DNA from: Aplysia californica
Lineage: Eukaryota
Assembly (NCBI RefSeq): GCF_000002075.1
Contig: NW_004797403.1
Coordinates: forward strand, 880,264-944,002
DNA: 63,739 bases
Direction: 5' to 3'
A program made the position numbers and the translations under genes. Numbering within the stretch: position 1 is the stretch's first letter; each line of letters begins with the position of its first letter. The notes beneath the pieces were generated by a model. It ran no database searches and was not told where the DNA came from. It worked only from the letters and a program-made list of their open reading frames with translations. Shown here in pieces: positions 63,602 through 63,739 of the stretch.

Positions 63602-63739
63602 CTGGGGAGAAAAGTAAACAAAGCAACCTCTTGCAATACATTTCTCAGTTGTTTTAGGCAGAAATTCTTTGTCTTCTCACGAATAATTTTTCTGTAGGGA
63701 TATTGTATTCCTCTCAGCCTGGGTTGACTGTGCATGACA

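Overview
Eukaryotic, AT-rich, repeat-dense animal genomic DNA with many N gaps. A mollusc or other lophotrochozoan is my inference from the repeat content, and it is not proven. Two intron-containing genes converge. (1) On the + strand is the 3' part of a TRPC-family channel gene, with exons 2477-2635, 21561-21688 and 23094-23348; at least one intervening exon is not visible and may lie in a gap. (2) On the - strand are the last eight coding exons of a thioester-protein (alpha-2-macroglobulin family) gene ending in a GPI-signal-like tail, i.e. CD109/TEP-like (63601 down to 48054); all splice phases join in frame. The rest is introns and intergenic DNA full of decayed transposons: L2/CR1 and RTE LINE fragments, tRNA-derived SINEs (Meta-like and CORE-like), a dead Tc1 element, a pogo/Tigger fragment, and several MITE families (Sola1-like AWWT-TSD, TTAA-TSD, TA-TSD, P-like 8-bp TSD). 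Almost all ORFs in the supplied track are artefacts of N runs or microsatellites. I see no prokaryotic-type system and cannot claim a new system. The most unusual items are a perfect 16+1+16 bp palindrome between 8-bp direct repeats that resembles a P-element excision footprint, and one 3' stem-loop tail shared by three different retroposon bodies.
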